A stretch of DNA of 64,000 bases from Callorhinchus milii (Eukaryota), in NCBI RefSeq assembly GCF_018977255.1, contig NW_024704754.1, positions 16,244,001 through 16,308,000 on the forward strand, written 5' to 3'. Below are positions 49,267 to 62,412 of the stretch, piece by piece. Each line of letters opens with the position of its first letter. The stretch's first letter is position 1. The position numbers and the translations under genes were made by a program. The notes beneath the pieces were generated by a model. That model worked only from the letters and a program-made list of their open reading frames with translations, was not told the DNA's origin and searched no databases.

Positions 49267-51509
49267 CCCAAATGCAATAATGTTTGTGCCAGAACCTACA
49301 ACATCTTTTCTGTGCGGGGATAAAATCCTTCTGCAGTGGAACCTCAATTATGTGCTGTAATGGAGCACACCCTCACTTGATGCATAATTGAAATTGGTGA
49401 ATAATTGAGAGTTCCCCAAATCAATCAATACCAATTTACGTGCAGTCAGCAGATAAAAGGCCAATAGAATTTCCTAGGAATGGAAAGTTAAATGAAATGC
49501 CTTCTTCCCCCAGCGCCCCCGCCGTTTGCCCCTCAAGCAGCTCAGTCATTCCTGCGCTCCTCGCAACGTATTTTGACCCATTTTCAATTTGGAAGCAGAA
49601 CTGTACCATTTAATGTGACAGAAATACCCCCTTGATGCTGTTGCGAGCTTTTCCTTTGCCTCCAAACATTTCGCCCCAGGGGATCTAAAGAGCTGCACCA
49701 AAGTCACTCGTCTGAGAAATTCAAACTGATAAAATAATGCCTGAAGCTACAGCGCGAGTCGTAAGCCATCACTCATCTGATATCAGATACTTTGATAAAG
49801 TAAAACTAACTAAAAAGTCAGGTTATTACTCATTCGGGGGAGGTGTGGCGGGTGGGGGGGTGGGGGGGGGCGGGGGGGGTTGCTCCGAACTCAACATGAG
49901 AGAGGTCTTCTGACACACAGTTAATGTCTCTGGCTACAATGTAAGTTGCTTGTCTTGGTTCAGCCTGACACGATCTTGGTTCCTTTCATTCATGTCTTAT
50001 GAACTCAGCAATCTGACCTACAGAATGGGATGCTAAAGACTAGCATGGTGTTTCTGGGTTTTTTGGGGGGGGAAGACGGGGGCGGACCCTCAGAGTACAG
50101 CAGACCTCATTGTCTTCTGATTCCCACTTCTTTTTTCCTTTCAACGGTGGTCACAAAAGCGAAATGCAATACGTCATCCTCGCCGGATGGAGCTCGCGTT
50201 CTTTCCGTTGTCGCTGGGGACGGCAAAGATTTCCCCAAGACCCCTGCACAGGGTTGGCACCCGGTGTAATGTTAACACCACGAATGGATCAACGTAAAAG
50301 GTGGAAGGGATTGACGTAAAGGCTTCCAAGAGTGTGTTATGTCTCGTCACTGAGCTTCTCTGAAAAAGTAATGAATGGGGAAAGGCTGGGATGCAGCCAA
50401 GCTGGGGTAGGTTTGCAGCAGTGTGGTGCTACGGGATGGAGGAGGGACAATTTAAGCCAATGTTTCCTCTTGTGATCACTGTCTAATGAACGCTGGTGGA
50501 TATCAGGGGTGGGGAGGATCAGGCTTGGCTGCGATGGAGCGCACAGTCAAAGAGTCCACTAACATTACCATTTAGCTGACACGCCAAGAATGGGTGCTTG
50601 AGGGAGATTGGGAGATGGAGCAAATTGACTGTATATTTTGTGGGACAAATGCGGCAGCCAATTGCGCACAGGAACGTCCCACAAACAGTCGTCCCAATCA
50701 CCAGCTCGGGTGCGGATCCCTGACTGTGCAGCGCCTTGGGACGTCCTCCTGTCGTGAAAGGCGCTATACAAATGGAATTTGTTGTTGTGGTTGACATGGA
50801 TTGGGGAGGGCTTTTGGGTGGGGAGGGACTATTAGCCCCCGAAAAGTGACGTCAGGGTGATGCTCGAATACACCAACGATGGAAATTCGCAACTGAAACG
50901 CAGAGCTGATATCAAACTCGACAGTCTTAGCAACGTTAGGGTGAAGAAGGTTAATACATTCCGTCTTTTAATAGGATTACTGTGGTATTTTTAAAACATA
51001 TATATACATAAAATATGTTGAGGCGGGTCAGAGAGACTAAATGACTTAAGCCGACGGAATGCGTTGAATCAAGGCTTGGGCTTTCTTGAATTCAAAGCAG
51101 TCACGTGTGGAAGCTGGTAGACATGGCTGGTAAAGAGGAAAGGCATGTGGAAATGGATTGATTGTTAAATGAAAACAGAGTTGCTTTCCTTTAAATTCCC
51201 TTTTGTTCGGTAAGTGGACATTATCTGTTCCAGTTAACGCGCGAACATGCAAGTGCCTTCTCTTGCCTTCCTTCAGAAATATTTTCAATTAACCACAACA
51301 ATAAATCTCGAGTCATGACTTTGAGTGAACCTGGAATCAGCAATTACGTGACTCAGCCAGCCATTGTCCATCAGTCTCCGAGCAGATTAAAATGCATGTG
51401 CTCACAGTGCTTTTTTAATATGCCAGGCCAATTTGGCACGGAATGATAAGTGGGTTACCATTGCTCTGCCGGATTTCCCCCGAGCTGGGAACATATTCTC
51501 TTCTGATTT

Positions 51510-51860
51510 GATCTGATCAGAGGGGACCTCATGGAGGTGTATAAAATACAACACAACAGCAAGCATTTATATTGCGTCCTTCACGCAGGGTAGTGTCCCC
51601 GAGCGCTTGCAAAGTTGAATGGGATTGAAAAAGTAAACTCTGATCACTATTATAGGATGCAATAAGACTGCGGAACAAATGGGGTGTGGGTTTGGAGCTA
51701 TGAAGAGCAATTTCAGGACAAGCACTAGGAAATATGTCTTTACTCCGAGGGTAATCAATGCCAGGAAGGTGGTTGAGCCCAGGACACTGGATTCATTTAA
51801 AAAGCAGCTTGTTGCAATGATTGGGGGGACGGTAGGATGTGTGTTCTGGGAGCCTTTTTG
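51510..51860 (+). mobile_element. CR1 3' fragment interrupted by an L2-type tail
   Basis: Frame reads FRTSTRKYVFTPRVINARKVVEPRTLDSFKKQL. Confidence 0.72.
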
Positions 51861-52149
51861 ATCTCTTCCTAGGATATCAAGGGTATAGTTGCCTATAAAC
51901 ACAAGGATAAAATCTTTTAGCACAGTCCACATTCATTGCCAGGTTAATTTCCTTGTCAGAGGTGAGCACACATGGACCAAAAAGAAATAATAATCTTTGC
52001 GTCTGATACAGCTTTTCAGAAATACTGCTCAAAGGATATTATAGGATATTCTGTGAAGTATAGTGACTGGATATTTTGTAGGCGAATGTGGCAGCGAATT
52101 TGTGCACACCAAAGACCCACAAATAAAATAGGTCAGAACAAATTAGCAA

Positions 52150-52382
52150 TCGTATTAATAGAAGTCCCAAGCAAATTGGAAATGCCACAATGGTGTAGTG
52201 AGGAGTGTCACTATGATTGGAGGCCAGAGGGGTATTGTTTGGGTAGAGTATAGTGAGGTTTATTCTACGTCTAACTCACGCTACACCTGATCTGGGAGTA
52301 ACTGTGGCTGATTTTGGGGCAAAAAATGGAAAATATCTACTTCCAGCACTATTATTCGTCGCCCTAATGAACCAAAAAAAAT
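52150..52382 (+). mobile_element. Probable ancient retroposon 3' half (unclassified)
   Basis: GGGTAGAGTATAGTGAGGTTTATTCTACGTCTAACTCACGCTACACCTGATCTGGGAGT...A tail. Resemblance to known shark or LF-SINE-type repeats is from memory only. Confidence 0.35.
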
Positions 52383-53030
52383 ATCAAAAAGCACGAGCCA
52401 CTTGGGTCTGTTCTCTGCTTTGAGCTAAAAATAACGATTTTCTTTGGCTATATCTTAAAATGTGATTTCTCATCATAAAGACATTCCATTAAGTTAACCT
52501 AATTTATCTGCAAAAGAGCTTACATTTATACAGCGGTAACCTTATCAAAGTGGAACAGCTAAGAGTGCTTCACGTGTAATTACTGTGGAGCGTAGTGACT
52601 GTTTTTAATGCAGCAAAATTTCCTTTACTTCTTCCCACTGATTTGCTTTTCTTTTCTGATGGGTCTGGTTAATGACTTTGGGAGCAAACATCCTCTGATT
52701 GCCGTGTTTGTGTGGAGCTAAAGAGATTACAGCTAAATTACTACAATGTCAAATAGTGCTCCTTATATAAGATAATGGAGCAGAAAGTTGTTTCGAACAG
52801 GTAATTTAGCTAATGCATTCCAACTGGAACCTTTTTAGTCGAGGCAGTAGCACAGCAATCAGACAGGGCTGTGGTTACTGGATGGCAGTGTGCTAAAGCT
52901 TTCTGGTTTAAAACTCTCCCACTGACCAGTTGATATTTCTCATTGACCCAGCAACTGAACTGGGTTTGTCCGAGTTGTGTTTGGCCAGTATTTCATCAGA
53001 AATCTCACATTCTGTTATATATTAGACTAT

Positions 53031-53323
53031 TGTAGCATATTGTTTAGAGCGCTCGCCTCGATTCCCGGCAGAGCGAAACCTTAGGAAAGTTTTCTTACTC
53101 CACACGCCTCGGTTTGCCCAGCAGTAAGTAGGAACCCGGTTGTTAGTCGATTGGTGGATCGCTTTTCTGGGGTTATAATCCCTTCCAAAAAAATAACAAT
53201 TTTGGTGACTCAATCCACGACTGTTTGTGGGACGCTGCTGTGCGCAACTGGCTGGCTGCGTTTCGCCCACAAAATATACAGTCATTTCACTTTACAATAT
53301 ATTCCGTGAAGCGCGTTGAGACG
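53031..53323 (+). mobile_element. Main-family SINE, partially deleted head
   Basis: Body is nearly consensus; a separate L2-type tail follows at ~53340-53415. Confidence 0.9.
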
Positions 53324-54913
53324 GAGTCGAGCTCCGCCACTGTTAAGCACTCTGCGATGCTACCCTGTGTGGAGGGCGCTATATAAATGCAAATTGCTGC
53401 TGCTGTTGCTGTTGGATCAGACAATATGATGTAAGTAACCTGATGTGTGTCTGAATGTATTGAAATCCCCGATCCAGAATATTAACAGTGACTCCCACAG
53501 TGTTTTAGTGAATCACACACAAGGGTTCCAAAGATGTTTTGACATCAACACATTCAGACTGTTTTTTTTTCCCCCCCAAAATATTCCAGGAAGAGACTCA
53601 TTAAAACAACAAACTATTTCTGGAAACTACAGGGAACTTTTTAATGAAGCTCAGAATGTTTCAAACCCTCTTCATTGGTGATACGTACCTTAACATCCGC
53701 AGATATTAAGGCCGAAGGTCAAACAGTGTCAATGTACAGACTATGTGTTGCTCCCGCTACTCATTGGGGAAGATGTATATGTTTGACGTGTATAAATTAT
53801 CAAGGTAGATTTCCTAACACTTCGTGTTGATTGACACTCCAATCTCCCCCTCGTCGTATCAATGATATAGTTCATAGAGAAATTATCTGCAAGTGATGAC
53901 AGAACAGTTGGCTTTCAAATGCAGGTTTATTTTTTCTCATCCGTTTAAATGGTATCTGATCTCTTCCACCAAACCACACGACTCATCACTCACTCCTACC
54001 TGTCGATCAACATAATGATACAGTGCAAAAGTTTCTATCGAGTTGTTATGTTCCTTGCAAGTTCAGAAGTCCTCAAGTACAACACACATCGCCCTGCACT
54101 GCACCACACTGCCAAGATCTTTTGATTTCCCATGGTCAATGTCCTTCTGACCTCTCCAAGCAAGCTTAATGAACCAGTGATAGCTGCCCAACGTGAAGGC
54201 TGTTTTACATGCAAATTTGCATCACAATTGAAACAACAAGGATGCAAACTGAATTAATTCACTGGAGCCTCGAAGAGCTGTCAGGGTGGAGGATCAGTCT
54301 ATGCTGGGTTCCCAACTTTCCACACAAAGTTACTGTAAAGTCATTGTGTTCAAGCTGTGGGCTTTGCTCACTCATTTTAATACGTCTTTTCCAGTAATAC
54401 GGCCACTGCGGACCTAACCTCTGGAATACGCTGCCTCAATCCTTCTGGCTCAGTCCCTCTTTATCTACCTTTATATCCCACCTTATTTGATATAGCGCCT
54501 TATCACACCCTTCGAAACGTCTTGATGTGCTTTGCAGGAGCTTCAGAGTAAAGCGTGTGCTTGTAGATGAACGCACAGGGCAATGTTCCACAAATGGTCG
54601 TGAATCAATTACAACAACGTGCATTTATACAGCGTCTCGGAGCGCTTACTTTAGAACGCTCAATTAGCCAACTCTATGCACTTGGATTGCTGGCCAGGAC
54701 ACTGGGACACACACACACACACACACCACTGCAATGTGAGAGAAAAAAAACAATCGGACTTTTCTTTTTAATTGTGCTGCAGAGACCACCCTTGGACTCA
54801 CCCGCCCACGTACATTACAAATCATTTAGATCCGAGACCAGGAGAAAAACAACACTAAAAAGACCTGTGAGGCAGGATTTATATCCCGTGAGTGGGCAGA
54901 TTCTGATACTTAC

Positions 54914-54993
54914 CTCTCAAGCAAAGTATAAATCACAGCCTACAGAATCGCTCCACAAGGTTTGGGCTGCAGATGGCAAATCAGTCGCGCAAC
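54914..54993 (-). other. Candidate non-coding (5'UTR, lncRNA or poison) exon, 80 nt
   Basis: Minus strand: CTAAT branch-like motif, TGTTTTGTTTTCCACCTTATCTCATTTAG acceptor and GAG|GTAAGT donor. Stops occur in all three frames and there is no ATG. Confidence 0.5.
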
Positions 54994-55824
54994 CTAAATG
55001 AGATAAGGTGGAAAACAAAACAGGGGTTCGCTGATTAGCTGCTGCTCAGTTGGGTGTATGGTTCCAGTGAAGTTGAAGGATGTTCTCGGTATTAATTTGG
55101 GCAAGGATGTTGTGAGTCTGGACGTTATTTGTTTAAATGCGTTGGAAGATGCTCTTCAAATTAATTTGCAAAGCAAAAAAAAAAATGATTCCGGTAATGA
55201 GAATGCGATGTCACTTTCACGAAATATGACCAGCTATGTTCAAAGCAAGTTCCTCTTATTTCATTCATTCCTGGCAGGCCTTCTCTTCATCCCTCTTAGC
55301 AACGGGAGTAAATGACTGAAGCTGTTAGATACCTGGTCTCGTTGTGCTTTTGCCGCAATTTATGGTGCGGTTTCTGAAACAGCTTCAACAACAACAACAA
55401 CAAAACGACATTTGTACAGTCCCTTTCACGTCGGGAGGACGTCCCAAGGCGCTGAAACAACTCCAAATAAAAGAACGATTTAATGAATTACACGTGAAAC
55501 GAATGAAGTCTTGACCCTGAGCAAATTGGTTATTTATCTTTATCTTTCCTTGAGGTGCTGCCCCCACCTAAACCTCAGCCCGCCACGTCCTCGAGGACAT
55601 ACCGTAGCTGAACAAGGTAGTGCAAACCCCTTAACCAGGGGCTTGCGAGCGCACCTTCACGCAGGCAAGCTCGTAGCATGAACATGCAAGTTAGCAGCTC
55701 GCTATAAAGTGCTTCACAGGACCTCACTGGAAAGCGTAGTGACTGTATTTGCATGCTAACGCAACAGCTAATTTGCTCCTGCAAACAGTCAGAGTTGTCC
55801 AAACTGGACAAGCAGCGGGAAAGC

Positions 55825-56148
55825 TCGCCAGACAGCGATATCAATGGCAAGCTATGCGGTTTTAGCTGGTTAGACTCCAGCAGCTACCCCCACACACACA
55901 CACACACTCTCTGGTGTCCCCCCAAGCCTTGACTCTTGCCAACCCGCACCCAGCAGTTTCCAGAATTAGGTCAGCGGTGTGCGTCCGTCCGGGGGGGAGA
56001 GAGAGAGAGAGAGAGAGAGCGCGTTCCATTCCAACAATCTATCTCTGGAATTTCCTCGTGCGGGCGGGATGCAGGGAATTCTCTGCTTGGTTTTGGGTAT
56101 TATTAAGCGCGGTGGTGGGTTTCCGCGTGTGTCGACCAAAAGAAAAAC
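55825..56148 (+). mobile_element. Family X copy with internal (CA)n and (GA)n tracts
   Basis: Shares internal and 3' blocks with 256-612. Its 5' block CAGCGATATCAATGGCAAGCTATG is also found at ~39653. Confidence 0.65.
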
Positions 56149-58379
56149 AGCCTCCGGGGTGAGGAACCTTTGCACAGGATCAAAATCATTTGACTTGTGG
56201 TGTGAAATCTCCGAGCGAATAAGCCCTACAAAAAATGCTCACTTGATTGTCAGACTTGGCAGAGGCATATACACACTAATGGTCGCCGTTCAGTCTTCAG
56301 TAAACCGTCAAACTCTGTGCGTAGCTTCTACCTCGCTAGCTTCTCACGCGACCTTTAGAAGCCACGCTGTGCTGTACATGAAAATATATTTGTATTATGC
56401 AGCGGTTCTTCAGGACAGTCCCCATGTATTATCCTGTTATCCAAACAGAATATTTTGTACATGATTATGCGCTTGTAATAATTCATGTCCAGAGTTGTGG
56501 CGGCACTGCTGACGAAGCACAGCGAGCTGCTCTCAGCTTCATTATCCTGGTAAACAACAGGTACAAGTAGGTTTGAATATTTCAGTTCTGTCTGAAGAGG
56601 GAGTGGGCGGTAGTGGTGATGGTGGTGGTGGTGGTGGTGCGTGGGGTTGTGGGTGGTGGGGGGTGGTGGGGGGAGGTGGGGGAATAAGAGAGGGTGCTGC
56701 TGCCTCGTTCTTATGCACATCTCCACGTACTGCAGACGAGAGATGTGCAGGACAACAAGGCTCCAGCCCTAAAAGCAATTTCCAAATAGAGACGCTGCTC
56801 TCTTCAATTCCGCTCCTGGGCCATTTCAAAAGGCAGCGCGGCTATCTATAATCAGACAGCCTGTCCGCTGTTTTCCTTCACTTGTCATCTGCGGTGTGTG
56901 CGGAGGGAGGGTGGGTTGCAGACTGCAGTCGCACATCGCACAGTAGAGAGAGAAGTGCACTGAAATGGAATGACACCGAGATAGAGCAAGGGAGACATAA
57001 GGACCAGACATAGAGAGACATTGCCACTGTATTGACACGGGGCCAATGATTGGGTTTGCTGGTCGCTGGGCCAGATAGCTAGATTTTGATTGAGGCGGGC
57101 ACGGATATGGATTTGTTTATCTGGCTTCCTGGGTGCCCCAGAGACCAGGAAATTCCAGAAAGGGTCAATATTCTGAGTCCTGTCAACAGATCCTTTTGAG
57201 GTGGAAAGCGTCAGTTGAAACAAAAAACCTCTATTTATTTATTTTTGGAGGGGATAAGGAGGTCAGGTTTTATTGATCGCTTATGGAAAGCTATCAATTT
57301 GTACCAAGTGACGGAAGGAAAGGGAGATGGGAGATAGTGGGACGATGTGAGAGAGAGGGAGAGAGAGAGAGATTGAGAAATGAAAGGAGAGAGAGAAATG
57401 AAGAGTGAGCAATGAAGAGAAAAAGAGAGAGAGAAAGAGAGAGAACAGATTGAAGAGTCCTTTCAGGCCTCAGTATCGAAGTGGTGCACAAAAGCTCGCA
57501 CCAATCGTGCCAGAGCCACTGTGGTTGGCCTGGTAGAGGGTTGGAAACCTTCTCCTCTGTGTTGAAAGGCCCACCAATAAAACCCTTGCGAATGGCGATG
57601 CTTTTGTGGCCTTGCCACAACCTCGGCGTGCATTTGGATTTTCACTGATGCAAACAGCCCCGGTGATATGCCTCGAGAGCCATTTACGGAGCTGTCCTTT
57701 TTTGAAATTCTTGTCTTCCAATCTTATTTCGTCGCTGCACGAAATTACTTGCAACGCGCCTGTGTCTCTCCGATTCATCCCAGCAATTGTTGCTGTGGAT
57801 ACCCAGCTGTGAGCTGAATGAAAATGCAAATCCCGTTATCGCTTTGGCCAGTGACCCGTGCAATCCGAGGCTCGTGGTCTGACACCGACAAGCGAGAGGA
57901 ATTGTTTCACCTCTCCCTCACACCTCCCCCCCCACCCACCACCACTGCTAAGGGAGGTGTTTTGCTCTGAAGCAGATTCAATCAGTGTTAATAAAATGCA
58001 CGGTTTGCCCATTGGCTGGTGTCTGCACTATCCACCGTCCGCTGTGTCTCAGCCTTTGCATGAACACAAACGTGGACACGCCACAACTCTCTTCAACTCC
58101 CCCAAGTCAGGACTGCAAGTCAGGCTGCCCGGCGGATTATATATTTTTCTAATAAAAAGTGGAGGTCACGCCGATGATATTATATGTTGTGTCAGCTCTG
58201 CTGGGCTTTAGGAGAAACTTGCACTCAGCCCCAGAGTGTGGAAAAGAGTAAGAGATCAGCAGAAATCCAGAAACTATCCTAAAGTGTCTTAGCGCTCGCT
58301 GTGAACAAGGAATTTCTCTCCTGTCTGGATCATTAACCCTTTGAACGCACCCCGGGATGAAGATGCTTAAAGAGAAATG

Positions 58380-58660
58380 ATAATGATAAGAATAATCCTT
58401 GCATTTATTACAGCGGGTCATCACTTCGTTGAGAGGTCTCAAAGCGCTTCGCAGAATATATTGTAAAGTGAATTTACTGTATATTTTGTGGGTGAAACAA
58501 TCCTAAAACTATGCTCATAAAACTGCTTGAAATAATAATAATAATCCTTGCAATTTGATACAGCGCCTTAACACGTCTTCGAGACGTCTCGAAGCGCTTC
58601 ACAGGATATACTGTAAAGTGAATCAACTGTACATTTTGTGGGCGAAACGCGGCAGCCAAA
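58380..58660 (-). mobile_element. Two tandem main-family SINE 3' fragments
   Basis: Tails start at ~58380 and ~58531. Confidence 0.88.
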
Positions 58661-59207
58661 TGGTGGCTTTAACATCGATGATATTTTGGGTGTGGGATTG
58701 AGAGGGAGACGGGGGAGAGAGTTCACAGTTGTCCAGCCGATGAGATCTGCCCCTTTAAATGTTGTTATATTACACAATATGCAGATCACGTGAAATATGT
58801 TTGTTGCTGATATGAGCTGACTGTTATTTTATGTCCTCGGGTTATGACCTTCATTGAAGGCAGCCCGACAGTGGAGCGCACAAAGCCAGGGGGTGTTTCA
58901 CATGAACAAAATCTGATGAGAGAGCAGCTTGTTGCAATGCTGGTATCTCGATAACACGTTTGATTCCATTTTACGTTAAGGAACACGACTTCTCAAATTG
59001 TGTTCCCGAGTCCACCGATTTGAGTGGCACTGATCAGAAACGTCCCCTCCACTGCAGGTCAGTCGATGTCAATCTCATGGATTCTTTTCTTTTTTTACAC
59101 ACAAAAAGAGAAGTCTACGTGAAATGGAGCAAAAATGGGGCAAAAATGAAATCAGTGGTGGTTTAAATGGCTTACGTCGTGTGGGGATGATAGGAAGGAG
59201 GGACTGG

Positions 59208-59300
59208 ATAATAATAATCCTTGTGCTTCATATAGTGTCTGATCACGTCTTCGAGACGTCTCAAAGCGCTTCACAGAATATACTGTAAAGTGGATTGACT
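59208..59300 (-). mobile_element. Main-family SINE tail fragment
   Basis: Close match to the family tail. Confidence 0.85.
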
Positions 59301-59816
59301 GACAGGAGCATTTGAACCCAAACTTGGTTGCGTGCAGTTGAATTAAGGATTCTTCTGAAGTCAGGTTCGATTTGAATCGGTTGCCCTTCATATTCACCCC
59401 ATCTTGCCTTGCCTGACAGACTCTGGCCAAATGTAAGTGGAAAATAGTCACGAATTAGAAACAAAGCAAAACAAGATGAAAGAACATCACCCTGACAGAC
59501 CCATTCCTGCTCTTCCAACAGCTGAATGGCAGCTCTGTTCTCCCAGTGACACGTGATTTCAGTGAATTTTCCTCTGTCACTTTATGAAGGTAAACTGACC
59601 ATCACGTTGAAGCCATTGGCAATCTCCAAAAATTTGATGACTCAATTAATGAGCTCCTGGTGAGGAAATCTTTTATAAACTCAGACATCAAAGTAACGTT
59701 GATTTAATCAAAGGTGCCATGTAAGAAAAAGTACAGTCGACAATGATAGATTGGTTTACTTAATGTAAGAGTTAGACCAATATACAGGAACTGTATCCTG
59801 ACAGTGACTAATACAG

Positions 59817-60120
59817 TTTGCCCACAAAATATACAGTCAATTCACTTTACAGTATATTCATTCTATGAAGTGCTTTGAGACATCCCAACGATGTGATAAG
59901 CTGCTATATCAAATGCAAGGATTATTATTATTATTATCAAATAACTACACAGACGGGCCTTGTCATTGACTGTCACAGACTGTCACAGATGATTGTACGC
60001 AATTGGCTGCCGCGTTTCGCCCTCAAAATATACAGTCAATTCACTTTACAGTATATTCTGTGAAGCGCTTTGAGACGTTTTGAAGATGGGATAAGGCGCT
60101 GTATCAAATGCTATTATTAA
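59817..60120 (+). mobile_element. Two tandem main-family SINE 3' fragments
   Basis: Fragments at 59817-59937 and 59993-60120. Confidence 0.88.
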
Positions 60121-61539
60121 TACGCAATTTAGTTAACTGAGACTCCTGTCCCCTTCCCCCACAATACCCATTCTTCCTTTCCATCTGGAGATTCAAAGCA
60201 ACAATTCATCACTGCAGCATGGAGGTGCGACTGAAGAAGGACATGCAAGTACCATGTGGCTTCATGTTGTACACATCCACTCTCCATCACTCACCCTTTG
60301 GCTCATTACATTTGGAGAGGAAGTGATCTCCAAACCCACTTCACATGATCTGCCTTTTGCTCTGTTAATGGTCTTAAAATTCAGGTCAGGTGAATTACGC
60401 GCAGCCCGTCTTGTACAACCTGAGAATTTCTCAGAAGATAATCCTACCACCGATACTTCATTCATGATTGCGTTAGTGCTTTACATTCAATGTCCATGCC
60501 AATCCTGTACGAGCACAAGTGTGTACGGTCTGACCTGATCATCAAGACATCTCAAAGGGCTTCTAAGCGGTTTTGTTCAATGGCAATAACTATATGATTA
60601 GCTGAATTGGCTTCTGAGCTTAAAGCCCCAATGTGGGGCTTCCGACTCAGAGTGATACTGAGCCAGGCGAACACATTCACAAGTAAATCAGAAAACCCTC
60701 AGACTGTACCACTCGCAATCTTCGAGTCTTTCCAGCATCACTTATTAACTTGTTCTTCGAATGCTCGGATTCACAAGGTCAAACCCAGATGGTTAATTCA
60801 TACGCTGAATCCAATTATCTCAAGTTATAATCAATCACCATTGTCATGATTACTGTTTCAGGCACAGGAATGTTTAACACTTAAATCCTTGCGGCCTTTG
60901 GAACATTGAGCCCGCTGCTTGGCAGCAGAAGACCCAGGCAAATAAGACATTTGGTTATTTTATGATAATATTAATAATGATAATAATCCTTGCAATTGAT
61001 ATAGCGCCTGAGCACATTGTCGAAATGTGGGCGAAATGTGGTAGCCAGTTGCTCACAGCAATGTCCCACAAACTCCCATGGAGTGAGTGTCCAATTTTAT
61101 ATTTTTGTGGATGGATAAACTATGGATTAAAACGGGATATTTTCTGGATACAATGTTGGCCACCTGGGAGTTACCCAATCATAGGAAGGATATTGGGAGA
61201 ATAACTTAAATGAGCAACCAAGAACATTCACCAGACATTACGTTGAAGGAAATTTGGGCACATTTTCCTTGGAGATGAGACAGCGAGGTGACTTGAAGTT
61301 GCTGCTTGCTGTATTCAGGATAAGGAATTAAAATGGGCAACATGCGGCAGTATTTCCTAACATCTGGTGCACACAGGAAGTTGGAAAGGTTGACGACTGT
61401 TGCTAAAGACAAACAAATTGTGTTTACTTTAGCAATATTGTACAAACACAAGGGGCTGTTTATGCCCAATCACTTTCAAATGATTTTTTTTTTGTGAATT
61501 AGACATACGAGTAAACTATCAGCTATTACACCACTGAGT

Positions 61540-61730
61540 GAACTCATAACCCAGGCTGGCACAGTGTGCAGAACTGAGGGGGAAGCGATGCGTTCTACAA
61601 GAAGCTGTCCTTCAGTTGAGATGCAAACTGAACTCCTAGCTGTCTGGCTGGCTGTCCAGGTCGACGTTAAAGACACCATCTCGTTATTGCGAAATAGAGC
61701 AGAAGTGTCCTGCATTTGGGTGTCCTTGTA
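61540..61730 (+). mobile_element. Deu-domain SINE remnant
   Basis: CAGTGTGCAGAACTGAGGGGGAAGC...CAGGTCGACGTTAAAGACACCAT. Confidence 0.65.
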
Positions 61731-61734
61731 CACC

Positions 61735-62412
61735 AGTCACAAAAAGTTAGCAAGCAACGAGGAATGCTAATGGCATGTTGGCATTTATTGCAAAAGTGTT
61801 AGAATAAAAGAGTAGGGAAGTCTTGCTGCAATTGTATAAGGCCTTGGTGAGACCGCACCTAAAATATTGTGTGCAGTTTTGATCTCCTTATTTAAGAAAG
61901 GACATACTCACCTTAGAGGGGTTGCAGTATAGATTCACTAGGTTGGTTCCTATGAGGATAAGTTAAGTAAACCAGGCCTATATTCTCAAGAATATAGAAG
62001 AATTAGGGGTGATCTTATTAGGGGTGAAACCTATCAGATTCTTATGGGGCTTGACAGGGTAGTCAGTGTGAGACTGTTTCCCCTGGTATCAGAATCTAGA
62101 ACTACGGGGTCACAGTTTTAAGATTAAAGGACAGCCCTTTCAAACAGAGTTGAGGAAACACTTCTTCACTCAGAGGGTAGTGCATTTATGGAATTCTCTA
62201 CCCCAGAAGGCTGTAGATGCCCAGTCCTTGAACGTATTCACACTGAGAAGATTGATAGGTTTCTAAAGGATACAGGGATTAAGGGATATGGGGATAAGCC
62301 GGGCAGATGGAGTTAGGTTAGAAGATCAGCCATGATCTTATTGAATAGCGGGGCAGGATCAAGGGGCTGAACGGCCTACTCCTGCTCCTAATTCCTATGT
62401 TCCTATGTTCCT
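61735..62412 (+). mobile_element. CR1 LINE 3' end (ORF2 C-terminus and 3'UTR), 5'-truncated and inactivated
   Basis: Frame reads [45 protein letters not shown], later FFTQRVVHLWNSLP. Ends GGCCTACTCCTGCTCC plus octamer repeats (TTCCTATG)n. Confidence 0.93.

Noticed and set aside
56706-56755. Pre-miRNA-like hairpin (TGCACATCTC/GAGATGTGCA)
   Set aside because: The stem is too short for a pre-miRNA and I recognised no known mature miRNA sequence.
58577-58594. Perfect 18-bp palindrome CTTCGAGACGTCTCGAAG
   Set aside because: It is a single-base variant of the quasi-palindrome present in the SINE consensus tail.
58905-58980. Hammerhead-like CTGATGA-GAGA...TCTC-GATA
   Set aside because: It has GATA in place of the invariant GAAA, and there is no stem III partner.
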